Shown here piece by piece: positions 1-10,726 of a stretch of 64,000 nucleotides of DNA. The translations under genes were made by a program, and so were the position numbers. Where the stretch lies: assembly GCF_032191835.1 (NCBI RefSeq), contig NC_083227.1, forward strand, positions 60,140,001 through 60,204,000, given 5' to 3'. The notes below the pieces were generated by a model. That model searched no databases, was not told where the DNA came from, and saw nothing but the letters and a program-made list of their open reading frames with translations. Position 1 is the stretch's first letter. Every line of letters starts with the position of its first letter. This DNA comes from Heteronotia binoei (lineage: Eukaryota).

Positions 1-72
1 CTTTTCTCATAGGACTTTGTCTCCAGACCCCTGACCATCTTTGTTGCCATCCTCTGGACATGTTCCAGCTTG
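1..72 (-). mobile_element. CR1 LINE ORF2 3' fragment
   Basis: The reverse complement reads as the CR1 ORF2 C-terminal region (...ctggaacatgtccagaggatggcaacaaagatggtcagggg...), homologous to the LEKVQKRATRMIKGLE region of the CR1 copies at 52090 and 58500. Confidence 0.7.
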
Positions 73-441
73 TTCACAACTGCTGGTGTCTCTGGGCAGT
101 GCTGCTAACAACACTTTTGCCACTCAGAGAGCCTCAGGGCTGGGGCAAATCAGGGGAAGGAGACTCGAAGACCCCTGGTGAAGGCCTGCTAGGACAAGAC
201 TCCAGTGCCCGGGGGAGCCTGTGGTATGCAGGGAGTACAGCACTACCCCCCTCCAAAAACAGTGCTCTTCATGCCCACTTTCATCCTCACGACACACAGA
301 GGTGTTCACACTCAAAAAGGTGTGAGGGTATAAATGTGGGAGATCTTTTTGGAAAGTCCATAGTCCCAGAAATGTAGTCTGTTCCCAACTTGGATAGGTT
401 GTAGAGGAGCCAGCATGACTGGTGTGTGAGAGTAGGCCAAG

Positions 442-560
442 TTCAAGTAATCAAATCAAGTCATGCAGATTCTTGGTGGGACTTTTTATAAGGTACTTTT
501 AAGGTTGTTCTAGATGACTAAAATGTTCTGGTAAGTAACTGTAATAAACTGAACTGAACT
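442..560 (+). mobile_element. Short 5'-truncated non-LTR retroposon 3' end with (AACTG)n tail, family unassigned
   Basis: A perfect 12-bp TSD GAGTAGGCCAAG lies at 430-441 and 561-572. The insert ends aataaactgaactgaact. Confidence 0.7.
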
Positions 561-1149
561 GAGTAGGCCAAGGAGGTGGCTGCCTAGGGTACCACCTGGC
601 TTACAGGGGCACCATTGGGTGCCCCCTCTCCCTACACATGGTGTGTGTGCTCCTTGGACCTGACTTCCCCTTTTGCATTCCCAGGGTCTGTAGCAGGGCC
701 CAGGAAGGCTGGGTGGGGTTGGTGGGGCACCTCAGCAGTGAGCGCATTCAGAGCCTGGCTCCAAGTGTGCCCATTGCCACACCAACTCCACTTAGCCTTC
801 CCGGGACCTGGGAAGGTTGAGTGGGGGCAAGTGGCAGGGCAGCAGGCATGCTTGGAGCCAGGCTCCAAGTGCACACACTGCCGCACCCCCCACATTGGAA
901 GTCAGGGTAAGGGCAGGGCTCTGCCTGGGGTGGCAGAACCTCCCAGTGCCAGCCTGGGAGCCAGTGCTAACATCCATTATGGAAGCAACCCTATTGAGGC
1001 ATAGCAATTACTTAGGAACATACTTTAAATAGTCCCCAATCATTATTTCAGTGTATGAACATGTCAGTACTTCAATTCATATGTACTTGGCTAAACAAAA
1101 AACTGTACAGTCTTTATTATGCAAGGAAGTTTGCTTCACTAATCACTTG

Positions 1150-3117
1150 AGATGGAAAACTCACTGGTCTGGTGGGGCTGTTGTGGGGTGACTTTGGGGA
1201 GCCCCTGTCAGAAGACTTTCTGTCCTTCTAAATCTGCCTTGGAGAATAGTGGGTGGCCCAGGAGCCTGACAGGTGTTTCTTTTCCTCTGCATAGTAGAAG
1301 AAGAATTCATCATGGGTTGTTTCTGACCTGTGAGAGTTGTAGCCATGCTTTCTTGCCTTTTCTGATGAGGCTGGGATGCCCACCAAGTTGTCATGGGGTT
1401 ATTTTGGGGAGCCCCTGTAGGAAGTCTCTTGTCATGTATGCCTTTTGTTTCCTATGTAGAGAAGAATTCACTGTGTATTCCAGCCCTTGTGGAGGCTGTG
1501 AGAGTTGTGGGCACAAGCATGCTTTCCTTGTTTGTTAGGTGGGGCTGGGATGCCCAGCAGGCTGTTGTCATGTGAAGTAACTTGTCGGAAGTCTCTTGTC
1601 ATATCTGCCTTTGTGTTGTTGCATCACTAATCACTTAAATCTGAAACCTCTGATTTCCACTGGTCTGGCGGGGCTGGGGAGTCCCCCAAGCTGTCATCGT
1701 GAAGTAACTTTGGGAAGCTCCTTTCAGAAGTCCTTTGTCATGTCTGCCTTTCTGTCCTGCAGAACCTGCCTTTGGAGGCACGGGGGGGGGGGGGGCGGGC
1801 TGTGAGCCTAGGGGGGATGCTTGCCTTGCTTCCACTGTCTGCTCAGTGGTGTCTGCCCAGGTTAATTTTCCCTCTGAGTTTGGTATCACTGGCTTGTTCC
1901 TCAGCTGTTCCATAGACTGCTGTAACTGCAACAGTTTTTCCTAGGGAGAACGCTTTTTTATGGAGGGGGGGTGTCTGTAACTGGGACCTCAGAAATGTAA
2001 TCTGCCCATTACTTGGAGAGATTGTAGCAGGCAGCAGGGTGCGGTTCCCTGTGTGTTTAGTGTGTGTAGCTTGCAAGGGGTCCATTCTATACACTTTTGA
2101 ATCTGTGCCTGACATTTCCCCCCAAACTTAGCTGGCTTGATCTTGGTCCTGCTCAGTTTGCAGTGCCAGGGTCTGCTGGACTTGAAAAAAAAAAAATACC
2201 CCCTTCAGTTTCTACTACAGATGTTCTCTGGCATGGCCTTAGTCCTGCTGGGTTTGCATTGCCACAGTGGCATTGATTCTGCTGAACATATTACAGTGGT
2301 TCTGCTGGGCTTGCAATATGCCCCCCCTTCAGTTTCTACTGAAGAGATTCTCAGGAATTTGATTCTGTTTTGCAGGGCTTCTATTGCCCTTGCTTTGCTC
2401 CCCCCCTCGCCCCGTGTTTCCCCTGTCCATTGAACACTGTCTAGGGCACATGATGCTCTTTATTCTTGGTTCCTGGGGGACAGCTGTGGGAGGACTTCTA
2501 AATGTCCTGGCCTCACTAGTGGACCTCCTGATGGCACCTGGTTTTTTGGCCAAGGCATGACAGTATTGGACTGGATGGGCCGCTGGCCTGATCCAACATA
2601 GCTTCTCTTATGTTCTTATTGGAAACAATGGAGGATGACCACCTTTTTGGGGGGGGGGAGGGGGCTGTAACTCAGACCCCATAATTTCAATCCTCACCAG
2701 ATTTAGAGGGCAGGTAGAGGAGTGTTAGCCAGAGATCTGCTGTGAGTTTTGTATCTTTAGCTTGCACAGGATCCATTCTATACATTCCTGAACCTCCTCA
2801 ACCTTTTTTCTCATTTCCCAAGAAAGCACTTTCCTGGAGGCACCTTCTTGGGGAATGGGGGGAGGGGAGGGCATAACTCAGATTCCATAATCCAATCCTC
2901 ACCAAACTTGGCAAGGTGGTAGAGGCAAGTCAGCTTTGAGTTTGGTGTCCCTAGATTGCTGTGGGGGGGGGGGGGAGTTGTTCTACTGCATCACAAACTT
3001 CAGAAACTGAACCTGTTCATCTAGTATCAAAAAAGTTCATAATGGTCCATGATTCGCAAACTATGCATGCCACGAACCATGAACCAACCCGCATTTTCCA
3101 GTTCATGCCAATCTCTA
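1150..3117. mobile_element. Degenerate hAT-like non-autonomous element with internal repeated units
   Basis: The right end gttcatgccaatctcta resembles a TAGAGATGGGCACGAAC-type terminus. The motif (gtaact)ttgggga(a)g...gaagtc(t)cttgtcat is repeated at about 1190, 1400, 1575 and 1700. The left boundary is uncertain. Confidence 0.35.
2470..2618 (+). mobile_element. CR1 3' UTR fragment
   Basis: Contains ttggactggatgggccgctggcctgatccaacatagcttctcttatgttctta, the same 3' end and tail as the CR1 copies at about 52650 and 58750. Confidence 0.8.
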
Positions 3118-3700
3118 ATTCTTACTCATTCCATACAAGATGGGGTTCATGCTTTGGATGTGAAGATAGAATACACTTTGCAAAAGATTGGGAAGTTTGG
3201 AGCTAGGAAGCTCAAGTCGCTCATGTTTCTTACCATGTGGCTTCTTTGGAGCCTCTGCAACTGCTATTAATTCTATCAAAGCTCTTGCTTGTTATTTGGT
3301 CCCTAAGGGCTATAGCGCTTCTTCTCATATTGCTATCATGTTGTTTGATTTATTTTTCTCAAATAGATTAGGGCAACCTTGAACTCGCCTGTTAATCCTT
3401 TGGGCCTTAGCCTTCACTCAGATTTCTTTCTCTTTTTTTAGGTATTTGTCAATGTCATGCTTTTATCTGATGTTGTTTTCCATGACTCTCATCTCCAGAA
3501 AATCTCTCTGTCTGGGGAGTTTATATGCCACCTCTAAACACCCCCCCCACAATACCACAAAAGGATTTTAAAAATACACATGGACACTTGATTTTAAAAG
3601 ATGAATTAGCAATATAAAATCAAAATAAGCCATCAAAAACAAACCACCAAGCACTCTAAAAACATCGATAAAACAGACAAGAAACAGATCACTGAACAAT

Positions 3701-4347
3701 ATGTTATCGAAGGCTTTCACAGCCGGAGTCCATTGGTTGTTGTAGATTTTCTGGGCTGTGTGGCCATGGTCTTGGGACTGTGAGACTTGAAGTTTCATCA
3801 GCAACTGTGACTAGCATCCTCAGAGGTGTAACCCAGAAAATTGGAGTTCTCTCTGGGTCAAATTGAGAAGAAGTTGGTAGGCAGGTAATTTATATCTACT
3901 CAGGCAGGTGGGCTGAGTCATTATCTTGTGGGAGCTTCCTAAACTGTGACATGCTAATGGAGGAGCTAATCTGAGGGGGTTCTTTTGTATATGGATTGGC
4001 TATTGAAATTCTAATCTTATCTGTAGTGCTGTTGTAAGCTGTAGGGCATTTTGTGTTTTTCAGGACTGGAAGCCATGCCCTATTTATTTTTAAACTTCCT
4101 TCCTCTTGAAATTGTGTTTACCTTGGATTTCAATGGCTTCTCTGTGTAATCTAACATGGTAATTGGATGTGTTGTCCAGCATTACAGTGTTTTGGAATAA
4201 GATGCTGTGTCCTGTTTGAGTTAGGCTATGTTCAGCCACTGATGATTTTTCAGGTTGGCCAAGCCTGCAGTGTCTTTCATGTTCTTTTCTTCTTGTCTGG
4301 ATGCTGCATTGTGTGGTCCTGATGTAAACTTGTCCACAACTGCATTC
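3701..4347 (-). mobile_element. Penelope-like element (GIY-YIG endonuclease 3' part plus pLTR)
   Basis: The minus strand translates as CSCGQVYIRTTQCSIQTRRKEHERHCRLGQPEKSSVAEHSLTQTGHSILFQNT...YHVRLHREAIEI, a Penelope GIY-YIG domain. A pLTR with a hammerhead motif follows. A 14-bp TSD GATCACTGAACAAT lies at 3687-3700 and 4387-4400. Confidence 0.88.
3788..3826 (-). ncRNA. Degenerate hammerhead ribozyme core within the Penelope pLTR
   Basis: The minus strand reads cct-CTGAGGA-tgctagtcacagttgctgat-GAAAC-ttca, matching CUGANGA...GAAA. Stem II pairing has decayed. Confidence 0.55.
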
Positions 4348-5445
4348 TAGCCTTTTAATGATTTAATTTACTGAAATGGCTTCAATGATCACTGAACAAT
4401 TAAGAAGAGAAAATCTGTGAAAGAAGCTTGGGTGAAGGAATGTTTTGGCCTGGCACCTAAAAGCAAATGATATATTAAATGATTTGTGTGAACATATGAT
4501 CTGAAAGATGGCTTCCTTCTGCATGAAAGTCCACTGTGGATGCACTTCTAGAAGTACCATCTCTGTGTCAGGTACATGAGCAGACATTTCACATAGTGCT
4601 CTGAATGTGCATATTGCCAAAAACATAGGGTCCGGTCCTACAATCTGCCAGCAGAAGACACTGCTCACAGATCTTCCCCATGTCCTATTCCTCCCAGCAG
4701 TTCTTTCCAACCTGGGAGAGGAAGAAGGGTGCAGTTTCACACACACCCTTCTCCACTGCATCCTCCCCAGCAGCAAGGCTATGCGTCCGTGTGGGTCCTG
4801 TGGGATCAGGAACTGACTTTTTCATGGTCAGAAAGGATGGTTAGGGGGGAAATGGACATGAGAAAGAACAGCAGTCTTTGCATCTGTGGATTCCTGGGTC
4901 TAAATCTCAATACAGGTACCTTGTTGAGGTTCTGAAGTTATGTGATACTTGATGAGGCACTTATGAGACCCTTAAGTTTTATACAATATTAGCAAACAAA
5001 AACAGTCATTTGTCATTAGAGAGGCCACATCTGTTTTCATTTCTTGATTAAAATTTCCCCCCTTATTAAATCACAGTATAGTGTTTATTGTATAAAGCCA
5101 AAGGCCACTGCAATTAGGACATACAAAGGGGACTTAAACAGTAATAGCAGAAAAGGAGATAATTTTAATGTTAAAAACTATTAAAAACATTTAAAAACAC
5201 ATACATACATCTTCACTATATATTATTAGTCTTTAGATGTAGCTCTAGCCCATATTTTCTGGGCTGTTGTTAGATCAATTAAAACTTGTAGCCCTAATTT
5301 TCAGTGGTTGCTCCTAGAGCATGGAACTTCTTCCAGTAGGAAGCCCACATGATTCCTATTATGGAGGCATTAGAAAACTTTTAACTATTTTCTTTCATTT
5401 ACCAGGGATAAGGGGAATTTTATTTTCATGTGCATTTTTTGTAGA

Positions 5446-5712
5446 GACTAATTCCCCACTAGGCTTGTTCTGGTGTTGGAGCTCCCCCCCCCCCCCCGAT
5501 GCTTCTGTCCAATTTCGCATGAGCTGCCTTGGAGCTGCAACGTGCCTTGCCTCTTTCCTGTGGCAAGCAGAATCCAGTGTTCAGAGGATCTTGCTTGCCA
5601 TGGGAAAGAGGCAGAATGATTCGTAGCCCCAGGGCAGCTTGTGTGAAATAGACTGGAAGTGTCGGGGGAAATATAGCTCTGACACTGGAACAAGCCTAGT
5701 GGGGAATCAGTC
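5446..5712. mobile_element. Palindromic MITE
   Basis: Terminal inverted repeats gactaattccccactaggcttgttc...gaacaagcctagtggggaatcagtc. A related copy lies at 60625-61375. Confidence 0.7.
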
Positions 5713-6615
5713 TGAGTTACATAATGAACATGAAATAAAACAGATTTTTTTTTTTAAATCATAACTGGAGAATCTTTGCCAAACAAGAACTCTGTGCTGT
5801 TCGATTTAGCCTAACCACCAATAGCTGGGTTGCAGTTCTCAGAACAGCTCATTCCAGTGAGCTTCTGCTGAACTCACTAAGGTTAGGCCAAAATAACTGG
5901 GGACCTGCTGTCTTTCAATATAGTATCTGCCTAGTTCTAAAGGAGGAGGAGAGAAAACAATTGGCTGTCCATCAGACTTCTGGGCAAATTGATTTTTTTT
6001 GTGCCTTTGCCTGCCTCTCGCATTGAGCTTAGATGCATCCCTGCTGAAAGGATCGTTCTGCATATATGAAACAAAGGAGCAAATAAAGACAAGCAGAAGC
6101 TATAAGCCCACCTGACACGCACATTAATAGCAAAAGGTTGCTTTAAGAAATACATCCTTAGAGGTGGAATGTTTTAAAGTTGTAAGCAGAGGTAAATGAA
6201 ACCCTCAGAGAAAACATTCGGCCTCAGACAATTTGGACAGCAGCCCAGCAGACTGTATTGGGTATAAAACACACACAGACACATGTTCTAGCCTTTGAAT
6301 GATTTTAATTTACTGAAATGGCTTCAATGATACAAACAGCAACCCCCCCCCCTCCCACCACCACATGGCTGTGTTCTAAAACCACTTGACATTTCCAATG
6401 CAAATTAAACATAAAACATCTTGGGCCTTTCCACACAATTAAATCATGTCGCAAGCATGCATTTGTTTCTTATTTGTTTCATGCAGTCAGCACATCTCCC
6501 AGAGCTGTAGTTCTGTTGGGTTGAAACCTTCAAGGGCAGGTTTTAGGCAGTGAAGGGGATACAAGAGTTACCTCACCTGACTGGATTTTAAGACATCCTG
6601 GGAGATGGTCTAGAA

Positions 6616-6872
6616 CAGGGGTGACTCTTTCACATATATTGTGTGGCTCTCAAAGCCCCCACTGCCCTGTTGGCCGGCTTGGAGAAGGCATTTGTCTCTT
6701 TAAATCGCTTCTCCAAAGCAAGCCGGTTGGCAGCTTGGAGAATGCATTTAAATTAAAGTTGCTTTCTTTCCACCTCTCCCTCCCTCTCTCCTTGCCTCCC
6801 TTTCTTGCGGATCTCAGACATCTGACATTTATTCTGTGTGGCTCTTACACTGGGCAAGTTTGGCCATCCCTG
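6616..6872. mobile_element. hAT MITE
   Basis: CAGGGGTG...CATCCCTG ends with an 8-bp TSD gtctagaa/gcctagaa (1 mismatch). Confidence 0.75.
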
Positions 6873-6904
6873 GCCTAGAATGATTTTAGATGCAAGCCCG
6901 TGTC

Positions 6905-7110
6905 TTTCATATGAAGATGTCTTATACCGAGTCAGGTCATTGATTTATCAAGCTCTATTTTGTCTATTCTGAAAGGCAGACGCTCTCCATAGTCAAAAGC
7001 TGAGGTCTTTCACATCACTTACTACTTAGTCCTTTCCACTGGAGGAGCCCAGAATTGAACCTGGGACAGGACCACATACATTCTGAGTAGATACTCTACT
7101 ATTGAACCAT
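6905..7110 (-). mobile_element. tRNA-derived SINE (Squam2/Anolis SINE2-like), degenerate
   Basis: Degenerate reverse-complement match to the SINE at 61909-62113 (gtcttataccgagtcagg...gaattgaacctgggac). Confidence 0.6.
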
Positions 7111-7161
7111 GGCCCCTCCTCACTTCACATAATAGAAAGTAAGTGGTGGTATTTACATGGC

Positions 7162-7460
7162 AAAAAGGTAAAGGTAGTCCCCTGTGCAAGCACCAGTCGT
7201 TTCTGAATCTGGGGTGATGTTGCTTTCACAATGCTTTCACAGCAGACTTTTTACGGGGTGGTTTGCCATTGCCTTCCCCAGTCATCTACACTTCCCCCCC
7301 AGCAAGCTGGGTACTCATTTTTCCGACCTCAGAAGGATGGAAGGCTGAGTCAACCTTGAGCCGGCTACCTGAACCCAGTTTCCACTGGGATCGAACTCAG
7401 GTCGTGAGCAGAGCTTAGGACTGCAGTATTGCAGCTTTACCACTCTGCGCCATGGGGCTC
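7162..7460 (-). mobile_element. Sauria SINE (Squam1), near full length
   Basis: The minus strand has a tRNA-like head (gagccccatggcgcagagtggtaaagctgcaatactgcagt...gagttcgatccc), the body ggtagccggctcaaggttgactcagccttccatcc and the tail ggggactacctttaccttt. Confidence 0.92.
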
Positions 7461-7714
7461 TTTCATTTACATGGCACCTGCTGTTAATTGCTGCCTATTC
7501 CCTGCCTTGTACGATCCTCAGTTTCTCTCACAACATCTATCATGAGGAGCATCATAGGCTACCTTAGGAGGATATTTCCTCTGTGGTTTCCAGGTGAAGG
7601 GAAGGAAAAGCATCATAGGAATGGGCATGAAGGCTACAGAGGAGCCAGAAGTCCCTTCTCTTTCTCCCATTTATGTTGGAAAGCTAAATAAAGGGACATT
7701 GGTAATGATGAGTG

Positions 7715-7893
7715 CAGGGCTGGCCCTGCCACTAGGCAAACTAGGCAATTGCCTAGGCCACTGGCCTCCTGGGAGTGCCAAATTGGGTGCCTACCATATA
7801 ACTTGGTGACACTATCAGTGCAAAGGGCGGGGGGGGGGGGAGAGCCAAAAGTTAGCCTTGCCTAGGTTGCCAGACAGTCTAGGACCAGCCATG
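7715..7893. mobile_element. hAT MITE
   Basis: Starts CAGGGCTGGCCCT. A perfect 8-bp TSD GATGAGTG lies at 7707-7714 and 7894-7901. Confidence 0.8.
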
Positions 7894-7903
7894 GATGAGT
7901 GGT

Positions 7904-8133
7904 GTCAAATTGCAACTGACATGTGATGACCTGAGTGGGGAGGGCGGGATATAAATCAAATGAAATGAAAATGAAATGAAAAATGACCCCATAGGGTTTT
8001 CAAGGTAAGAGGTGGTTTGCCATTGTCTGCCTCTGTGTAGTGGTCCTGAACTTCCTTGGTGGTCTCCCATCCAAGTACTAACCAGGGCTGACCCTGCATA
8101 GCTTCTGAGATCTGACAAGATTGGGCTATCCTG
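7904..8133 (-). mobile_element. 5S rRNA-derived SINE (5S-Sauria type)
   Basis: The minus strand has a 5S-like head (gatctcagaagctatgcagggtcagccctggttagtacttggatgggagacc) followed by the Sauria/RTE-type tail ggcaatggcaaaccacctct. It is interrupted at 7932-7982. Confidence 0.8.
7932..7982 (+). mobile_element. Ultra-short L2-type LINE 3' tail insertion
   Basis: tgagtggggagggcgggatataaatcaaatgaaatg... flanked by a 6-bp TSD ATGACC at 7926-7931 and 7983-7988. Confidence 0.7.
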
Positions 8134-8736
8134 ATCCCTCCATGTCAGGTCAAAGGGACATTACCCATAGTTTAAGAGCTACTTTCACCCTTTGTATTAC
8201 CTGGCATCAGTTGTAACATGGGCATTAGTAGGATTGCTGGCAGTCTTGAGAAAAATATCTTGTCCCTTGATGTTAAGGAATGGACAGCTGAAGCTTTGCA
8301 TGGCGTGAAGGTAAACAACATCAACTGGTAAGGAACATCTCATCAAGCCACTCTTAAAGGAACAGGACACTTTTCCCCTCCAGGCTGTCGCCCAGCCAGA
8401 ACTCTAATATAAAGAAGAGGGGAAGTAACAGGAAATGTTTCATATCAGAACTTATATGTGCTATTTCATTTAACTAGAGTAAATTGATATGGACAGGAGC
8501 CAATGATCTAGAGAGAAGGAAATAGTCCAGAGCAAAACAACATAAAAAGTGATTTTTAAGGAGGATTTCAAAAAATTATACTCTAATCATTCAAATATTC
8601 CAGGCAATCCTTTCCACAAAAGGGGTCAGCCAGGGAAGAGACATATTGTCTGCTGTTCTTTCTACTCAACAGCCTTTCTGGTTTCATGTGTATGTGCATA
8701 TGGTCAAGGTGGAGCCAACTTATGGTGACCTCATAG

Positions 8737-9116
8737 CAGGGCTCTTTTTCTATCAGGAGCTCCTCTGCATATTAAGCCATGTCCCCTGATGTAGCCAATC
8801 CTCCTGGAGCTTACAGTAGGCCCTGTACTAAGAGCCCTGTAAGCTCTTGGAGGATTAGGGTTTGTAGAATCTTTCGGGCTCAAGTGCCGTGTTCTACTGG
8901 AGAAAGTTTTCCTTCCAGACGTTTTGTTCTCCGCAGCTGAGAACAAAACGTCTGGAAGGAAAACTTTCTCCAGTAGAACACGGCACTTGTGCCCGAAAGA
9001 TTCTACAAACCCTAATGAAGTTACCAGCCGTGAAAACCTGAAATCTTGGAGGACTGGCTACATCAGGGGTGTGTGGCCTAATATGCAGAGGAGCTCCTGA
9101 TAGAAAAAGAGCCCTG
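8737..9116. mobile_element. hAT MITE (tgcatattaggccacac family) carrying a nested Penelope insertion
   Basis: TIRs cagggctctttttctatcaggagctcctctgcatatta / taatatgcagaggagctcctgatagaaaaagagccctg, with an 8-bp TSD cctcatag/tctcatag. Confidence 0.85.
8854..9043 (+). mobile_element. Penelope pLTR fragment with inverted 5' duplication (78-bp-arm palindrome)
   Basis: Arms at 8854-8931 and 8939-9016 differ at 1 position. The sequence aaaacgtctgg...gaacacggc...cccgaaag...ccagccgtgaaaacct resembles squamate Penelope pLTR ends. A TSD TCTTGGAGGA lies at 8845-8854 and 9044-9053. Confidence 0.75.
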
Positions 9117-9559
9117 TCTCATAGGGGTCTCAGGGAAACAGATGAGCAGAGGTGGATTGCTTTGGCCTGCCTCCTCATAGAGATCATGGACTTCCTTGGT
9201 GGTCCCCTTTTCAAGTGCTAATCAGGAAGGAATCACTCTGCTTAGCTTCTGAGATCTGGTAGAATGGCCTAGCCAGGCCATCCAGACCTGGTTTCTAGTT
9301 TCATACTGGTGGAAAATACTATCTATTGTGAGGGCCTGCTTACACACACTTTCCATGCTTCTGGCTTGGCACATAGTCATAGTTGTCAAGGGTACACACA
9401 AATGATGTATTCTGTTGCTGAGTTCTTCCCCCCGCCCCCCCCGCCTCCCCGTATTTGTAAGTGATTACAAGGCAGCTATTTTTGTCTTATATTTCATATA
9501 TATATATTTAGCCTGTATTATATCTGTGATTTGTTTTTACAAATCCCAAACTGAACTTC

Positions 9560-9600
9560 ATGGATAGGCTGAGCTGTCATAGACTTGATAAGTCAAAAAT
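9560..9600 (+). CDS. Putative exon 1 of an orphan spliced ORF (MDRLSCHRLDKSK)
   Basis: ATG at 9560 has an in-frame upstream TGA at 9527. The donor AT|gtaaag is phase 2. No homology recognised. Confidence 0.25.
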
Positions 9601-9717
9601 GTAAAGTCTTTTTCCCCGATAGAGATCATACTCCTGAGAAATTGCTTGACTTGTGATTGTGTCATATTTATATAAATAGATGTATGACCTGAGGTTTTTT
9701 ATAATGCTCTTCTTTAG

Positions 9718-9777
9718 AGATAGAACCGTCAAGCGCAAATCTGCCATAAAAGGCAAAAAGAAAGAGCAAGTTGAACT
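9718..9777 (+). CDS. Putative exon 2 (DRTVKRKSAIKGKKKEQVE)
   Basis: Acceptor gctcttctttag|A, open frame, donor CT|gttagt, phase 2-2. Confidence 0.3.
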
Positions 9778-10590
9778 GTTAGTCTGATTCTTGCCACTGT
9801 TTGTAAGTCAAAAACTGATGTGTGTAGGAATGATCTTAATGTGGGTGTTTTGGATCATGAGGCTGTTGCCTTTGCATGACACACATTCATATAATGGGTT
9901 TTCATGGTATCCTGATTCATGTGAGGAGATGATTATGTTGAAATTATGCCAGAGTTATTTACTATCAGAAATTGTATGGAGGAAAAAAGGAAGACCCAAG
10001 GAATCTCTTTGTGGAAGCATTTGGGTTGAGACAGCTATATGGGGAAATGATCAGGGACTCATCACATAGCTTAGTTCCAGAAAGACTGGAAAACTAACCT
10101 GGTTGGAATTAACACTTGTAGACAAAAGGCATACCATTATCATAATCATCATTCTACATAACATTGAAACACCACTGGAGAAATATAAATGTGACAGCTT
10201 TGTAATCAGACAGAAACCAGATGGAAAACTGGGGGGGGGGGGGGGACTAAAACTGATTTGGCTTGAATTCCTTGGCATGGGGAAAGATTGCTTAGCTACA
10301 AAAAATCCGGAACATCTTAAATTGCAGTCAGTAAAGAACTAGGGGTTCTTTTACATCAGAGACAAGCAGCTTCCATTCACAGAGACTCATTGTTTCCATA
10401 TATGTGGAGTTTCATTCTTTCTTTTTCTTAAAATTGAAACTATAAGCAACATATTTTTCTGTACCTTGATTAAATTTGGTAGCGTCCCAAAGTGCTGAGG
10501 GAAAAAAATTGGCAGGGGAAGTGAAGAGAGAAGGGGTTTAAAAAGTTTAAACCATGGAGTCTCTCCATGGTACCCTATGACCCTATAGGG

Positions 10591-10726
10591 CAGGGGTGGC
10601 CAACGGTAGCTCTCCAGATGTTTTTTGCCTACAACTCCCATCAGCCCCAGCCAGCATGACCAGTGGCTGGGGCTGATGGGAGTTGTAGGCAGAAAACATC
10701 TGGAGAGCTACCGTTGGCCACCCCTG
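10591..10726. mobile_element. Palindromic hAT MITE (136 bp)
   Basis: caggggtggccaacggtagctctccagatg...catctggagagctaccgttggccacccctg, with a perfect 8-bp TSD CTATAGGG. Confidence 0.92.

Larger units (their letters stand above)
8700..9280 (-). mobile_element. 5S-Sauria SINE interrupted by a hAT MITE
   Basis: The SINE tail (gagccaacttatggtgacc) lies left of 8737. The body and 5S-like head (cttagcttctgagatct) lie right of 9116. Confidence 0.6.

Noticed and set aside
8060-8130. 5S rRNA-like sequence (also at 39540 and 63250)
   Set aside because: It is partial, diverged and fused to a Sauria/RTE tail, so it is a 5S-derived SINE rather than an rRNA gene.
10360-10410. Extra exon after the acceptor ttcttttacatcag
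   Set aside because: Only weak donors follow, and splicing to the main downstream acceptor creates a stop, so it was left out of the gene model.
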